This document shows positions 24,001 to 37,500 of a stretch of DNA of 50,598 nt, in pieces (position 1 is the first letter of the stretch; each line of letters opens with the position of its first letter). A program made the translations under genes and the position numbers. The notes below the pieces were generated by a model. It had not been told where the DNA came from and ran no database searches. It was given only the letters and a program-made list of their open reading frames with translations. Source of the DNA: Utricularia gibba (Eukaryota > Plantae > Magnoliophyta); assembly GCA_002189035.1 (NCBI GenBank), contig NEEC01000290.1, positions 1 to 50,598 of the forward strand, in the 5' to 3' direction.

Positions 24001-27000
24001 TAGTTGCCAGGCTACAACTAACTTTCGGCCCAACCAACCTGACCATTGTCCCGTTCCAGGTGCCCCCAAGACCGCCTCCTCAAGTATAAAGTAAGTTGTT
24101 GAAAAAATCATGTGGGGTGCACGTGACATCTTACTTTAAACAAATGCATCATTATTTTCGTCGACTCGCACCTGGTTGGGCTCATGAGCCGGACCAAACG
24201 GAGGGCTTGACCAAGTGCCAGTTAAAGTGGCCACAAAACGAGAAGCTGTTCCTTGAAAAACCTTGTAGGCAGCCCGAAACCGAACGTTAATAAATGCATC
24301 ACTTTAGTTGCCAGGCTACAACTAACTTTCGGCCCAAACCTAACCTGACCATTGTCCCGTTTTAGGTGCCCCCCAAGACCGCCTCCTCAAGTATAAAGTA
24401 AGTTGTTGAAAAAATCATGTGGGGTGCACGTGACATCTTACTTTAAACAAATGCATCATTATTTTCGTCGACTCGCACGGTTGACTCATGAGCGACGAAA
24501 CGGAGGCCCCAAGTGCCCAGCGAGAGTAGTCGCCACAAAACGAGAAGCTGTTCCTTGAAAAACCATGTAGGCAGCCCGAAAACCGAACGTTAATAAATGC
24601 ATCACTTTAGTTGCCAGGCTACAACTAACTTTCGGCCCAAGCCAAACCTGACCATTGTCCCGTTCCAGGTGCCCCAAGACCGCCTCCTCAAGTATAAAGT
24701 AAGTTGTTGAAAAAATCATGTGGGGTGCACGTGACATCTTACTTTAAACAAATGCATCATTATTTTCGTCGACTCGCACCGGATTGGACTCATGAGCCGG
24801 ACCGAACGCAGCGCTGGACCAAGTGCCCAGCGAGAGTAGTCGCCACAAAACGAGAAGCTGTTCCTTGAAAAACCATGTAGGCAGCCCCTGAAACCGAACG
24901 TTAATAAATGCATCACTTTAGTTGCCAGGCTACAACTAACTTTCGTCCCAAGCCAACCTGACCATTGTCCCGTTCCAGGTGCCCCCAAGACCGCCTCCTC
25001 AAGTATAAAGTAAGTTGTTGAAAAAATCATGTGGGGTGCACGTGACATCTTACTTTAAACAAATGCATCATTATTTTCGTCGACTCGCACCGGTTGGCCT
25101 CATGAGCCGGACTGAACGGGGGGGCTGACCAAGTGCCTAGCGAGAGTAGTCGCCACAAAACGAGAAGCTGTTCCTTGAAAAACCATGTAGGCAGCCCTGA
25201 AAACCGAACGTTAATAAATGCATCACTTTAGTTGCCAGGCTACAACTAACTTTCGGCCCAAGCCCAACCTGACCATTGTCCCGTTCAGGTGCCCCCAAGA
25301 CCGCCTCCTCAAGTATAAAGTAAGTTGTTGAAAAAATCATGTGGGGTGCACGTGACATCTTACTTTAAACAAACGCATCATTATTTTCGTCGACTCGCAC
25401 CGGTTGGACTCATGAGCCGGACGAACGCAGCGCCGGACCAAGTGCCCAGCGAGAGTAGTCGCCACAAAACGAGAAGCTGTTCCTTGAAAAAACCATGTAG
25501 GCAGCCCCTGAAAACCGAACGTTAATAAATGCATCACTTTAGTTGCCAGGCTACAACTAACTTTCGTCCCAACCAACCTGACCATTGTCCCGTTTCAGGT
25601 GCCCCAAGACCGCCTCCTCAAGTATAAAGTAAGTTGTTGAAAAAATCATGTGGGGTGCACGTGACATCTTACTTTAAACAAACGCATCATTATTTTCGTC
25701 GACTCGCACCGGTTGGGCTCATGAGCCGGACCAAACGGAGGGCCGACCAAGTGCCCAGTGTGGCCGCACAAAACGAGAAGCTGTTCCTTGAAAAACCATG
25801 TAGGCAGCCCCGAAAACCGAACGTTAATAAATGCATCACTTTATTTGCAAGGCTACAACTAACTTTCGTCCCAAGCCAAACCTGACCATTGTCCCGTTCA
25901 GGTGCCCCCAAGACCGCCTCCTCAAGTATAAAGTAAGTTGTTGAAAAAATCATGTGGGGTGCACGTGACATCTTACTTTAAACAAATGCATCATTATTTT
26001 CGTCGACTCGCACCCGGTTGGCTCATGAGCCGGACCGAACGGGCCCGACCAAGTGCCCAGCGAGAGTGGCCGCACAAAACGAGAAGCTAAAAAACCATGT
26101 AGGCAGCCCCTGAAAACCGAACGTTAATAAATGCATCACTTTAGTTGCAGGCTACAACTAACTTTCGGCCCAACCCCTGACCATTGTCCCGTTCCAGGTG
26201 CCCCCAAGACCGCCTCCTCAAGTATAAAGTAAGTTGTTGAAAAAATCATGTGGGGTGCACGTGACATCTTACTTTAAACAAATGCATCATTATTTTTCGT
26301 CGACTCGCACCGGTTGGGCTCATGAGCCGGACCAAACGGGGGCTTGACCAAGTGCCCAGCGAGAGTGGCCCACAAAACGAGAAGCTGTTCCTTGAAAAAA
26401 TTGTAGGCAGCCCCGAAAACCGAACGTTAATAAATGCATCACTTTATTTGCAAGGCTACAACTAACTTTCGGCCAAGCCAAACCTGACCATTGTCCCGTT
26501 CTAGGTGCCCCAAGACCGCCTCCTCAAGTATAAAGTAAGTTGTTGAAAAAATCATGTGGGGTGCACGTGACATCTTACTTTAAAAATTGCATCATTATTT
26601 TCGTCGACTCGCCCGGTTGGCTCATGAGCCGGACCGAACGCAGCGCCGACCAAGTGCCCAGCGAGAGTGGCCGCACAAAACGAGAAGCTGTTCCTTGAAA
26701 AACCATGTAGGCAGCCCCTGAAAACCGAACGTTAATAAATGCATCACTTTAGTTGCCAGGCTACAACTAACTTTCGCCCAAGCCAAACCTGACCATTGTC
26801 CCGTTCCAGGTGCCCCCCAAGACCGCCTCCTCAAGTATAAAGTAAGTTGTTGAAAAAATCATGTGGGGTGCACGTGACATCTTACTTTAAACAAATGCAT
26901 CATTATTTTCGTCGACTCGCACCGGTTGGGCTCATGAGCCGGACCAAACGGAGGCTTGACCAAGTGCCCAGTTAAAGTGGCCACAAAACGAGAAGCTGTT

Positions 27001-30000
27001 CCTTGAAAAACCTTGTAGGCAGCCCCGAAAACCGAACGTTAATAAATGCATCACTTTAGTTGCCAGGCTACAACTAACTTTCGGCCCAAACCAACCTGAC
27101 CATTGTCCCGTTCTAGGTGCCCCCAAGACCGCCTCCTCAAGTATAAAGTAAGTTGTTGAAAAAATCATGTGGGGTGCACGTGACATCTTACTTTAAACAA
27201 ATGCATCATTATTTTCGTCGACTCGCACCGGTTGGACTCATGAGCCGGACCGAACGGGCGCCGACAAGTGCCCAGCGAGAGTAGTCGCCACAAAAACGAG
27301 AAGCTGTTCCTTGAAAAACCATGTAGGCAGCCCCCTGAAAACCGAACGTTAATAAATGCATCACTTTAGTTGCCAGGCTACAACTAACTTTCGGCCCAAA
27401 CCAACCTGACCATTGTCCCGTTCTAGGTGCCCCCCAAGACCGCCTCCTCAAGTATAAAGTAAGTTGTTGAAAAAATCATGTGGGGTGCACGTGACATCTT
27501 ACTTTAAACAAATGCATCATTATTTTCGTCGACTCGCACCGGTTGGGCTCATGAGCCGGACGAACGGGGGGCCGACCAAGTGCCCAGCGAGAGTAGTCGC
27601 CACAAAACGAGAAGCTGTTCCTTGAAAAACCATGTAGGCAGCCCCGAAAACCGAACGTTAATAAATGCATCACTTTATTTGCAGGCTACAACTAACTTTC
27701 GGCCCAAGCCAAACCTGACCATTGTCCCGTTCCAGGTGCCCCCCAAGACCGCCTCCTCAAGTATAAAGTAAGTTGTTGAAAAAATCATGTGGGGTGCACG
27801 TGACATCTTACTTTAAAAAATGCATCATTATTTTCGTCGACTCGCACCGGTTGGACTCATGAGCCGGACTGAACGGGGGGCCCGACCAAGTGCCAGCGAG
27901 AGTAGTCGCCACAAAACGAGAAGCTGTTCCTTGAAAAACCATGTAGGCAGCCCCTGAAAACCGAACGTTAATAAATGCATCACTTTAGTTGCCAGGCTAC
28001 AACTAACTTTCGGCCCAAGCCAAACCTGACCATTGTCCCGTTCCAGGTGCCCCCCAAGACCGCCTCCTCAAGTATAAAGTAAGTTGTTGAAAAAATCATG
28101 TGGGGTGCACGTGACATCTTACTTTAAACAAATGCATCATTATTTTCGTCGACTCGCACCGGTTGGGCTCATGAGCCGGACCAAACGGAGGGCTTGACCA
28201 AGTGCCCAGTTAAAGTGGCCCACAAAACGAGAAGCTGTTCCTTGAAAAACCTTGTAGGCAGCCCCGAAAACCGAACGTTAATAAATGCATCACTTTATTT
28301 GCCAGGCTACAACTAACTTTCGGCCCAAGCCAAACCTGACCATTGTCCCGTTCAGGTGCCCCCAAGACCGCCTCCTCAAGTATAAAGTAAGTTGTTGAAA
28401 AAATCATGTGGGGTGCACGTGACATCTTACTTTAAAAATTGCATCATTATTTTCGTCGACTCGCACCCGTTGGGCTCATGAGCCGGACCGAACGCAGGCC
28501 CGACCAAGTGCCCAGAGTGGCCGACACAAAACGAGAAGCTGTTCCTTGAAAAACCATGTAGGCAGCCCCTGAAAACCGAACGTTAATAAATGCATCACTT
28601 TAGTTGCCAGGCTACAACTAACTTTCGGCCCAAGCCAAACCTGACCATTGTCCCGTTCCAGGTGCCCCCCAAGACCGCCTCCTCAAGTATAAAGTAAGTT
28701 GTTGAAAAAATCATGTGGGGTGCACGTGATCTTACTTTAAACAAATGCATCATTATTTTCGTCGACTCGCACCGGTTGGCTCATGAGCCGGACCAAACGG
28801 AGGGCTTGACCAAGTGCCCAGTTAAGTGGCCACACAAAACGAGAAGCTGTTCCTTGAAAAACCTTGTAGGCAGCCCCGAAACCGAACGTTAATAAATGCA
28901 TCACTTTAGTTGCCAGGCTACAACTAACTTTCGGCCCAAGCCAACCTGACCATTGTCCCGTTCAGGTGCCCCCCAAGACCGCCTCCTCAAGTATAAAGTA
29001 AGTTTTGAAAAAATCATGTGGGGTGCACGTGACATCTTACTTTAAACAAATGCATCATTATTTTCGTCGACTCGCACCGGTTGGACTCATGAGCGGGACC
29101 GAACGCAGCGCCCGACCAAGTGCCCAGCGAGAGTAGTCGCCACAAAACGAGAAGCTGTTCCTTGAAAAAACCATGTAGGCAGCCCCTGAAAACCGAACGT
29201 TAATAAATGCATCACTTTAGTTGCCAGGCTACAACTAACTTTCGGCCCAAACCAACCTGACCATTGTCCCGTTCTAGGTGCCCCCCAAGACCGCCTCCTC
29301 AAGTATAAAGTAAGTTGTTGAAAAAATCATGTGGGGTGCACGTGACATCTTACTTTAAACAAACGCATCATTATTTTCGTCGACTCGCACCGGTTGGACT
29401 CATGAGCCGGACGAACGGGGGCCCGACCAAGTGCCTAGCGAGAGTAGTCGCCACAAAACGAGAAGCTGTTCCTTGAAAAACCATGTAGGCAGCCCCTGAA
29501 AAACCGAACGTTAATAAATGCATCACTTTTTTGCCAGGCTACAACTAACTTTCGGCCAAAACCCAACCTGACCATTGTCCCGTTCCAGGTGCCCCCAAGA
29601 CCGCCTCCTCAAGTATAAAGTAAGTTGTTGAAAAAATCATGTGGGGTGCACGTGACATCTTACTTTAAACAAATGCATCATTATTTTCGTCGACTCGCAC
29701 CCGGTTGGGCTCATGAGCCGGACCGGGGGGCCGACCAAGTGCCCAGCGAGAGTAGTCGCACAAAACGAGAAGCTGTTCCTTGAAAAACCATGTAGGCAGC
29801 CCCTGAAAACCGAACGTTAATAAATGCATCACTTTAGTTGCCAGGCTACAACTAACTTTCGGCCCAAGCCAAACCTGACCATTGTCCCGTTCCAGGTGCC
29901 CCCAAGACCGCCTCCTCAAGTATAAAGTAAGTTGTTGAAAAAATCATGTGGGGTGCACGTGACATCTTACTTTAAACAAATGCATCATTATTTTCGTCGA

Positions 30001-33000
30001 CTCGCACCGGTTGGCTCATGAGCCGGACCAAACGGAGGGCTTGACCAAGTGCCCAGTTAAAGTGGCCAACACAAAACGAGAAGCTGTTCCTTGAAAAACC
30101 TTGTAGGCAGCCCCGAAAACCGAACGTTAATAAATGCATCACTTTAGTTGCCAGGCTACAACTAACTTTCGGCCCAAACCAACCTGACCATTGTCCCGTT
30201 CTAGGTGCCCCCCAAGACCGCCTCCTCAAGTATAAAGTAAGTTGTTGAAAAAATCATGTGGGGTGCACGTGACATCTTACTTTAAACAAATGCATCATTA
30301 TTTTCGTCGACTCGCACCGGTTGGACTCATGAGCCGGACCGAACGCAGCGCCGACCAAGTGCCCAGCGAGAGTAGTCGCCACAAAAAACGAGAAGCTGTT
30401 CCTTTAAAAACCATGTAGGCAGCCCCTGAAAACCGAACGTTAATAAATGCATCACTTTAGTTGCCAGGCTACAACTAACTTTCGGCCCAAACCAACCTGA
30501 CCTTTGTCCCGTTCAGGTGCCCCCAAGACCGCCTCCTCAAGTATAAAGTAAGTTGTTGAAAAAATCATGTGGGGTGCACGTGACATCTTACTTTAAACAA
30601 ATGCATCATTATTTTCGTCGACTCGCACCGGTTGGACTCATGAGCCGGACTGAACGGGGGGCCCGACCAAGTGCCTAGCGAGAGTAGTCGCCACAAAACG
30701 AGAAGCTGTTCCTTGAAAAAACCATGTAGGCAGCCCCGAAAACCGAACGTTAATAAATGCATCACTTTATTTGCCAGGCTACAACTAACTTTCGGCCCAA
30801 GCCAAACCTGACCATTGTCCCGTTCCAGGTGCCCCCCAAGACCGCCTCCTCAAGTATAAAGTAAGTTGTTGAAAAAATCATGTGGGGTGCACGTGACATC
30901 TTACTTTAAACAAATGCATCATTATTTTCGTCGACTCGCACCGGTTGGGCTCATGAGCCGGACTGAACGGGGGCCCGACCAAGTGCCCAGCGAGAGTAGT
31001 CGCCACAAAACGAAAGCTGTTCCTTGAAAAACCATGTAGGCAGCCCCTGAAAACCGAACGTTAATAAATGCATCACTTTAGTTGCAGGCTACAACTAACT
31101 TTCGGCCCAAGCCAACCTGACCATTGTCCCGTTCCAGGTGCCCCCCAAGACCGCCTCCTCAAGTATAAAGTAAGTTGTTGAAAAAATCATGTGGGGTGCA
31201 CGTGACATCTTACTTTAAACAAACGCATCATTATTTTCGTCGACTCGCACCGGTTGGACTCATGAGCCGGACTGAACGGGGGGCCCGACCAAGTGCCCAG
31301 CGAGAGTAGTCGCCACAAAACGAGAAGCTGTTCCTTGAAAAACCATGTAGGCAGCCCCTGAAAACCGAACGTTAATAAATGCATCACTTTAGTTGCCAGG
31401 CTACAACTAACTTTCGGCCCAAACCAACCTGACCATTTGTCCCGTTCCAGGTGCCCCCAAGACCGCCTCCTCAAGTATAAAGTAAGTTGTTGAAAAAAAT
31501 CATGTGGGGTGCACGTGACATCTTACTTTAAACAAATGCATCATTATTTTCGTCGACTCGCACCGGTTGGCTCATGAGCCGGACCGAACGCAGGCCGACC
31601 AAGTGCCCAGCGAGAGTGGCCGACACAAAACGAGAAGCTGTTCCTTGAAAAACCATGTAGGCAGCCCCTGAAAACCGAACGTTAATAAATGCATCACTTT
31701 AGTTGCCAGGCTACAACTAACTTTCGGCCCAAGCCAAACCTGACCATTGTCCCGTTCCAGGTGCCCCCCAAGACCGCCTCCTCAAGTATAAAGTAAGTTG
31801 TTGAAAAAATCATGTGGGGTGCACGTGACATCTTACTTTAAACAAATGCATCATTATTTTCGTCGACTCGCACCGGTTGGGCTCATGAGCCGGACCAAAC
31901 GGAGGGCCGACCAAGTGCCCAGTTAAAGTGGCCACAAAACGAGAAGCTGTTCCTTGAAAAACCATGTAGGCAGCCCCGAAAACCGAACGTTAATAAATGC
32001 ATCACTTTATTTGCAAGGCTACAACTAACTTTCGTCCCAAGCCCAACCTGACCATTGTCCCGTTCAGGTGCCCCCCAAGACCGCCTCCTCAAGTATAAAG
32101 TAAGTTGTTGAAAAAATCATGTGGGGTGCACGTGACATCTTACTTTAAACAAATGCATCATTATTTTCGTCGACTCGCACCGGATTGGACTCATGAGCCG
32201 GACCGAACGCAGCGCCGGACCAAGTGCCCAGCGAGAGTAGTCGCCACAAAACGAGAAGCTGTTCCTTGAAAAACCATGTAGGCAGCCCCTGAAAACCGAA
32301 CGTTAATAAATGCATCACTTTAGTTGCCAGGCTACAACTAACTTTCGGCCCCAAGCCCAACCTGACCATTGTCCCGTTCCAGGTGCCCCCAAGACCGCCT
32401 CCTCAAGTATAAAGTAAGTTGTTGAAAAAATCATGTGGGGTGCACGTGACATCTTACTTTAAACAAATGCATCATTATTTTCGTCGACTCGCACCCGGTT
32501 GGGCTCATGAGCCGGGAAACGGAGGGCCCCCAAGTGCCAGAGAGTGGCGCCACAAAACGAGAAGCTGTTCCTTTAAAAACCTGTAGGCAGCCCCGAAAAC
32601 CGAACGTTAATAAATGCATCACTTTATTGCCAGGCTACAACTAACTTTCGGCCCAAGCCAAACCTGACCATTGTCCCGTTCCAGGTGCCCCCCAAGACCG
32701 CCTCCTCAAGTATAAAGTAAGTTGTTGAAAAAATCATGTGGGGTGCACGTGACATCTTACTTTAAACAAATGCATCATTATTTTCGTCGACTCGCACCGG
32801 TTGGACTCATGAGCCGGACTGAACGGGGGGCCCGACCAAGTGCCTAGCGAGAGTAGTCGCCACAAAACGAGAAGCTGTTCCTTGAAAAACCATGTAGGCA
32901 GCCCCTGAAAACCGAACGTTAATAAATGCATCACTTTAGTTGCCAGGCTACAACTAACTTTCGGCCCAAGCCAACCTGACCTTTGTCCCGTTCTAGGTGC

Positions 33001-33343
33001 CCCCCAAGACCGCCTCCTCAAGTATAAAGTAAGTTGTTGAAAAAATCATGTGGGGTGCACGTGACATCTTACTTTAAACAAACGCATCATTATTTTCGTC
33101 GACTCGCAGCCGGTTGGACTCATGAGCCGGACTGAACGGGGGCCCGACCAAGTGCCTAGCGAGAGTAGTCGCACACAAAACGAGAAGCTGTTCCTTGAAA
33201 AACCATGTAGGCAGCCCCTGAAAACCGAACGTTAATAAATGCATCACTTTAGTTGCCAGGCTACAACTAACTTTCGGCCCAAACCAACCTGACCTTTGTC
33301 CCGTTCTAGGTGCCCCCAAGACCGCCTCCAAGTATAAAGTAAG

Positions 33344-33653
33344 TTGTTGAAAAAATCATGTGGGGTGCACGTGACATCTTACTTTAAAAATTGCATCATT
33401 ATTTTCGTCGACTCGCACCGGTTGGGCTCATGAGCCGGACCGAACGCAGCGCCGACCAAGTGCCCAGCGAGAGTGGCCGACACAAAACGAGAAGCTGTTC
33501 CTTTAAAAACCATGTAGGCAGCCCCTGAAAACCGAACGTTAATAAATGCATCACTTTAGTTGCCAGGCTACAACTAACTTTCGGCCCAAGCCAAACCTGA
33601 CCATTGTCCCGTTCCAGGTGCCCCCAAGACCGCCTCCTCAAGTATAAAGTAAG
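33344..33653 (+). repeat. Representative 'gcagcgcc' subfamily unit (A-double-prime), 310 bp
   Basis: Linked aaaaattgc + gggctc + ccgaacgcagcgccgacc + gagtggccg. The same combination occurs near 23830-23925 and 26580-26675, and closely near 28435-28525. Confidence 0.75.
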
Positions 33654-34270
33654 TTGTTGAAAAAATCATGTGGGGTGCACGTGACATCTTACTTTAAACA
33701 AATGCATCATTATTTTCGTCGACTCGCACCGTTGGGCTCATGAGCCGGACAAACGGAGGGCTTGACCAAGTGCCCAGTTAAAGTGGCCCACAAAACGAGA
33801 AGCTGTTCCTTGAAAAACCTTGTAGGCAGCCCCGAAAACCGAACGTTAATAAATGCATCACTTTATTTGCAAGGCTACAACTAACTTTCGGCCCAAGCCC
33901 AACCTGACCATTGTCCCGTTTCAGGTGCCCCCCAAGACCGCCTCCTCAAGTATAAAGTAAGTTGTTGAAAAAATCATGTGGGGTGCACGTGACATCTTAC
34001 TTTAAACAAATGCATCATTATTTTCGTCGCACCGGATTGGACTCATGAGCCGGACCGAACGCAGCGCCGGACCAAGTGCCCAGCGAGAGTAGTCGCCACA
34101 AAAACGAGAAGCTGTTCCTTGAAAAACCATGTAGGCAGCCCCTGAAAACCGAACGTTAATAAATGCATCACTTTAGTTGCCAGGCTACAACTAACTTTCG
34201 GCCCAAGCCAACCTGACCATTGTCCCGTTCAAGGTGCCCCCCAAGACCGCCTCCTCAAGTATAAAGTAAG

Positions 34271-34579
34271 TTGTTGAAAAAATCATGTGGGGTGCACGTG
34301 ACATCTTACTTTAAACAAACGCATCATTATTTTCGTCGACTCGCAGCCGGTTGGACTCATGAGCCGGACTGAACGGGGGCCCGACCAAGTGCCTAGCGAG
34401 AGTAGTCGCCACAAAACGAGAAGCTGTTCCTTGAAAAACCATGTAGGCAGCCCCTGAAAACCGAACGTTAATAAATGCATCACTTTAGTTGCCAGGCTAC
34501 AACTAACTTTCGGCCCAAACCCCGACCATTGTCCCGTTCCAGGTGCCCCCCAAGACCGCCTCCTCAAGTATAAAGTAAG
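34271..34579 (+). repeat. Representative 'A-ctag' subfamily unit
   Basis: Linked aaacgcatc + cgcagccgg + gtgcctagc. The same trio occurs near 7550-7630, 33080-33160, 34935-35015 and 42600-42685. Confidence 0.75.
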
Positions 34580-37500
34580 TTGTTGAAAAAATCATGTGGG
34601 GTGCACGTGACATCTTACTTTAAACAAATGCATCATTATTTTCGTCGACTCGCACCGGTTGGGCTCATGAGCCGGACCAAACGGAGGGCTTGACCAAGTG
34701 CCCCAGTTAAAGTGGCCGCACAAAACGAGAAGCTGTTCCTTGAAAAACCTTGTAGGCAGCCCCGAAAACCGAACGTTAATAAATGCATCACTTTAGTTGC
34801 CAGGCTACAACTAACTTTCGCCCAAACCAACCTGACCATTGTCCCGTTCTAGGTGCCCCCCAAGACCGCCTCCTCAAGTATAAAGTAAGTTGTTGAAAAA
34901 ATCATGTGGGGTGCACGTGACATCTTACTTTAAACAAACGCATCATTATTTTCGTCGACTCGCAGCCGGTTGGACTCATGAGCCGGACTGAACGGGGGGC
35001 CGACCAAGTGCCTAGCGAGAGTAGTCGCCACAAAACGAGAAGCTGTTCCTTTAAAAACCATGTAGGCAGCCCCTAAAAACCGAACGTTAATAAATGCATC
35101 ACTTTTTTGCCAGGCTACAACTAACTTTCGGCCCAAACCCAACCTGACCATTGTCCCGTTCCAGGTGCCCCCAAGACCGCCTCCTCAAGTATAAAGTAAG
35201 TTGTTTAAAAAATCATGTGGGGTGCACGTGACATCTTACTTTAAAAAATGCATCATTATTTTCGTCGACTCGCACCGGTTGGGCTCATGAGCCGGACCAA
35301 ACGGGGCCGACCAAGTGCCCAGTTAGAGTGGCGACACAAAACGAGAAGCTGTTCCTTGAAAAACCTTGTAGGCAGCCCCTGAAAACCGAACGTTAATAAA
35401 TGCATCACTTTATTTGCAAGGCTACAACTAACTTTCGGCCCAAGCCAACCTGACCATTGTCCCGTTCAGGTGCCCCCCCAAGACCGCCTCCTCAAGTATA
35501 AAGTAAGTTGTTGAAAAAATCATGTGGGGTGCACGTGACATCTTACTTTAAACAAATGCATCATTATTTTCGTCGACTCGCACCGGTTGGACTCATGAGC
35601 CGGACTGAACGGGGGCCCGACCAAGTGCCCAGCGAGAGTAGTCGCCCACAAACGAGAAGCTGTTCCTTGAAAAACCATGTAGGCAGCCCCTGAAAACCGA
35701 ACGTTAATAAATGCATCACTTTAGTTGCCAGGCTACAACTAACTTTCGGCCCAAACCAACCTGACCTTTGTCCCGTTCTAGGTGCCCCCAAGACCGCTCC
35801 TCAAGTATAAAGTAAGTTGTTGAAAAAATCATGTGGGGTGCACGTGACATCTTACTTTTAAAAAATGCATCATTATTTTCGTCGACTCGCACCGGTTGGG
35901 CTCATGAGCCGGACCAAACGGAGGGCCGACCAAGTGCCCAGTTAAAGTGGCCCACAAAACGAGAAGCTGTTCCTTGAAAAACCTTGTAGGCAGCCCCGAA
36001 AACCGAACGTTAATAAATGCATCACTTTATTTGCAAGGCTACAACTAACTTTCGTCCCAAGCCCAACCTGACCATTGTCCGTTTCAGGTGCCCCCAAGAC
36101 CGCCTCCTCAAGTATAAAGTAAGTTGTTGAAAAAATCATGTGGGGTGCACGTGACATCTTACTTTAAACAAATGCATCATTATTTTCGTCGACTCGCACC
36201 GGTTGGACTCATGAGCCGGACTGAACGGGCGCCGGACCAAGTGCCAGCGAGAGTAGTCGCCACAAAACGAGAAGCTGTTCCTTGAAAAACCATGTAGGCA
36301 GCCCTGAAAACCGAACGTTAATAAATGCATCACTTTAGTTGCCAGGCTACAACTAACTTTCGGCCCAAGCCAACCTGACCATTGTCCCGTTCAGGTGCCC
36401 CCCAAGACCGCCTCCTCAAGTATAAGTAAGTTGTTGAAAAAATCATGTGGGGTGCACGTGACATCTTACTTTAAACAAATGCATCATTATTTTCGTCGAC
36501 TCGCACCCGGTTGGGCTCATGAGCCGGACCAAACGGAGGGCCGACCAAGTGCCCAGAGAGTGGCCGACACAAACGAGAAGCTGTTCCTTGAAAAACCTTG
36601 TAGGCAGCCCCTGAAAACCGAACGTTAATAAATGCATCACTTTATTTGCCAGGCTACAACTAACTTTCGGCCCAAGCCAACCTGACCATTGTCCCGTTCA
36701 GGTGCCCCCCAAGACCCTCCTCAAGTATAAAGTAAGTTGTTGAAAAAATCATGTGGGGTGCACGTGACATCTTACTTTAAACAAATGCATCATTATTTTC
36801 GTCGACTCGCACCGGTTGGGCTCATGAGCCGGACCAAACGGAGGCTTGACCAAGTGCCCAGCGAGAGTGGCCGCACAAAACGAGAAGCTGTTCCTTGAAA
36901 AACCTTGTAGGCAGCCCCTGAAAACCGAACGTTAATAAATGCATCACTTTAGTTGCAAGGCTACAACTAACTTTCGGCCCAAGCCAACCTGACCATTGTC
37001 CGTTCAGGTGCCCCCAAGACCGCCTCCTCAAGTATAAAGTAAGTTGTTGAAAAAATCATGTGGGGTGCACGTGACATCTTACTTTAAAAAAATGCATCAT
37101 TATTTTCGTCGACTCGCACCGGTTGGACTCATGAGCCGGACCGAACGGGCCGACCAAGTGCCCAGCGAGAGTAGTCGCCACAAACGAGAAGCTGTTCCTT
37201 GAAAAACCATGTAGGCAGCCCTAAAACCGAACGTTAATAAATGCATCACTTTAGTTGCAGGCTACAACTAACTTTCGGCCCAAGCCAACCTGACCATTGT
37301 CCCGTTCCAGGTGCCCCCAAGACCGCCTCTCAAGTATAAAGTAAGTTGTTGAAAAAATCATGTGGGGTGCACGTGACATCTTACTTTAAACAAACGCATC
37401 ATTATTTTCGTCGACTCGCACCGGTTGGACTCATGAGCCGGACTGAACGGGGCCCGACCAAGTGCCAGCGAGAGTAGTCGCCACAAAACGAGAAGCTGTT

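Noticed and set aside
24335-24350. Telomere-like cctaacc variant (also ~50150)
   Set aside because: It is a single-base variant of ccaacc seen twice and is not tandemly repeated.
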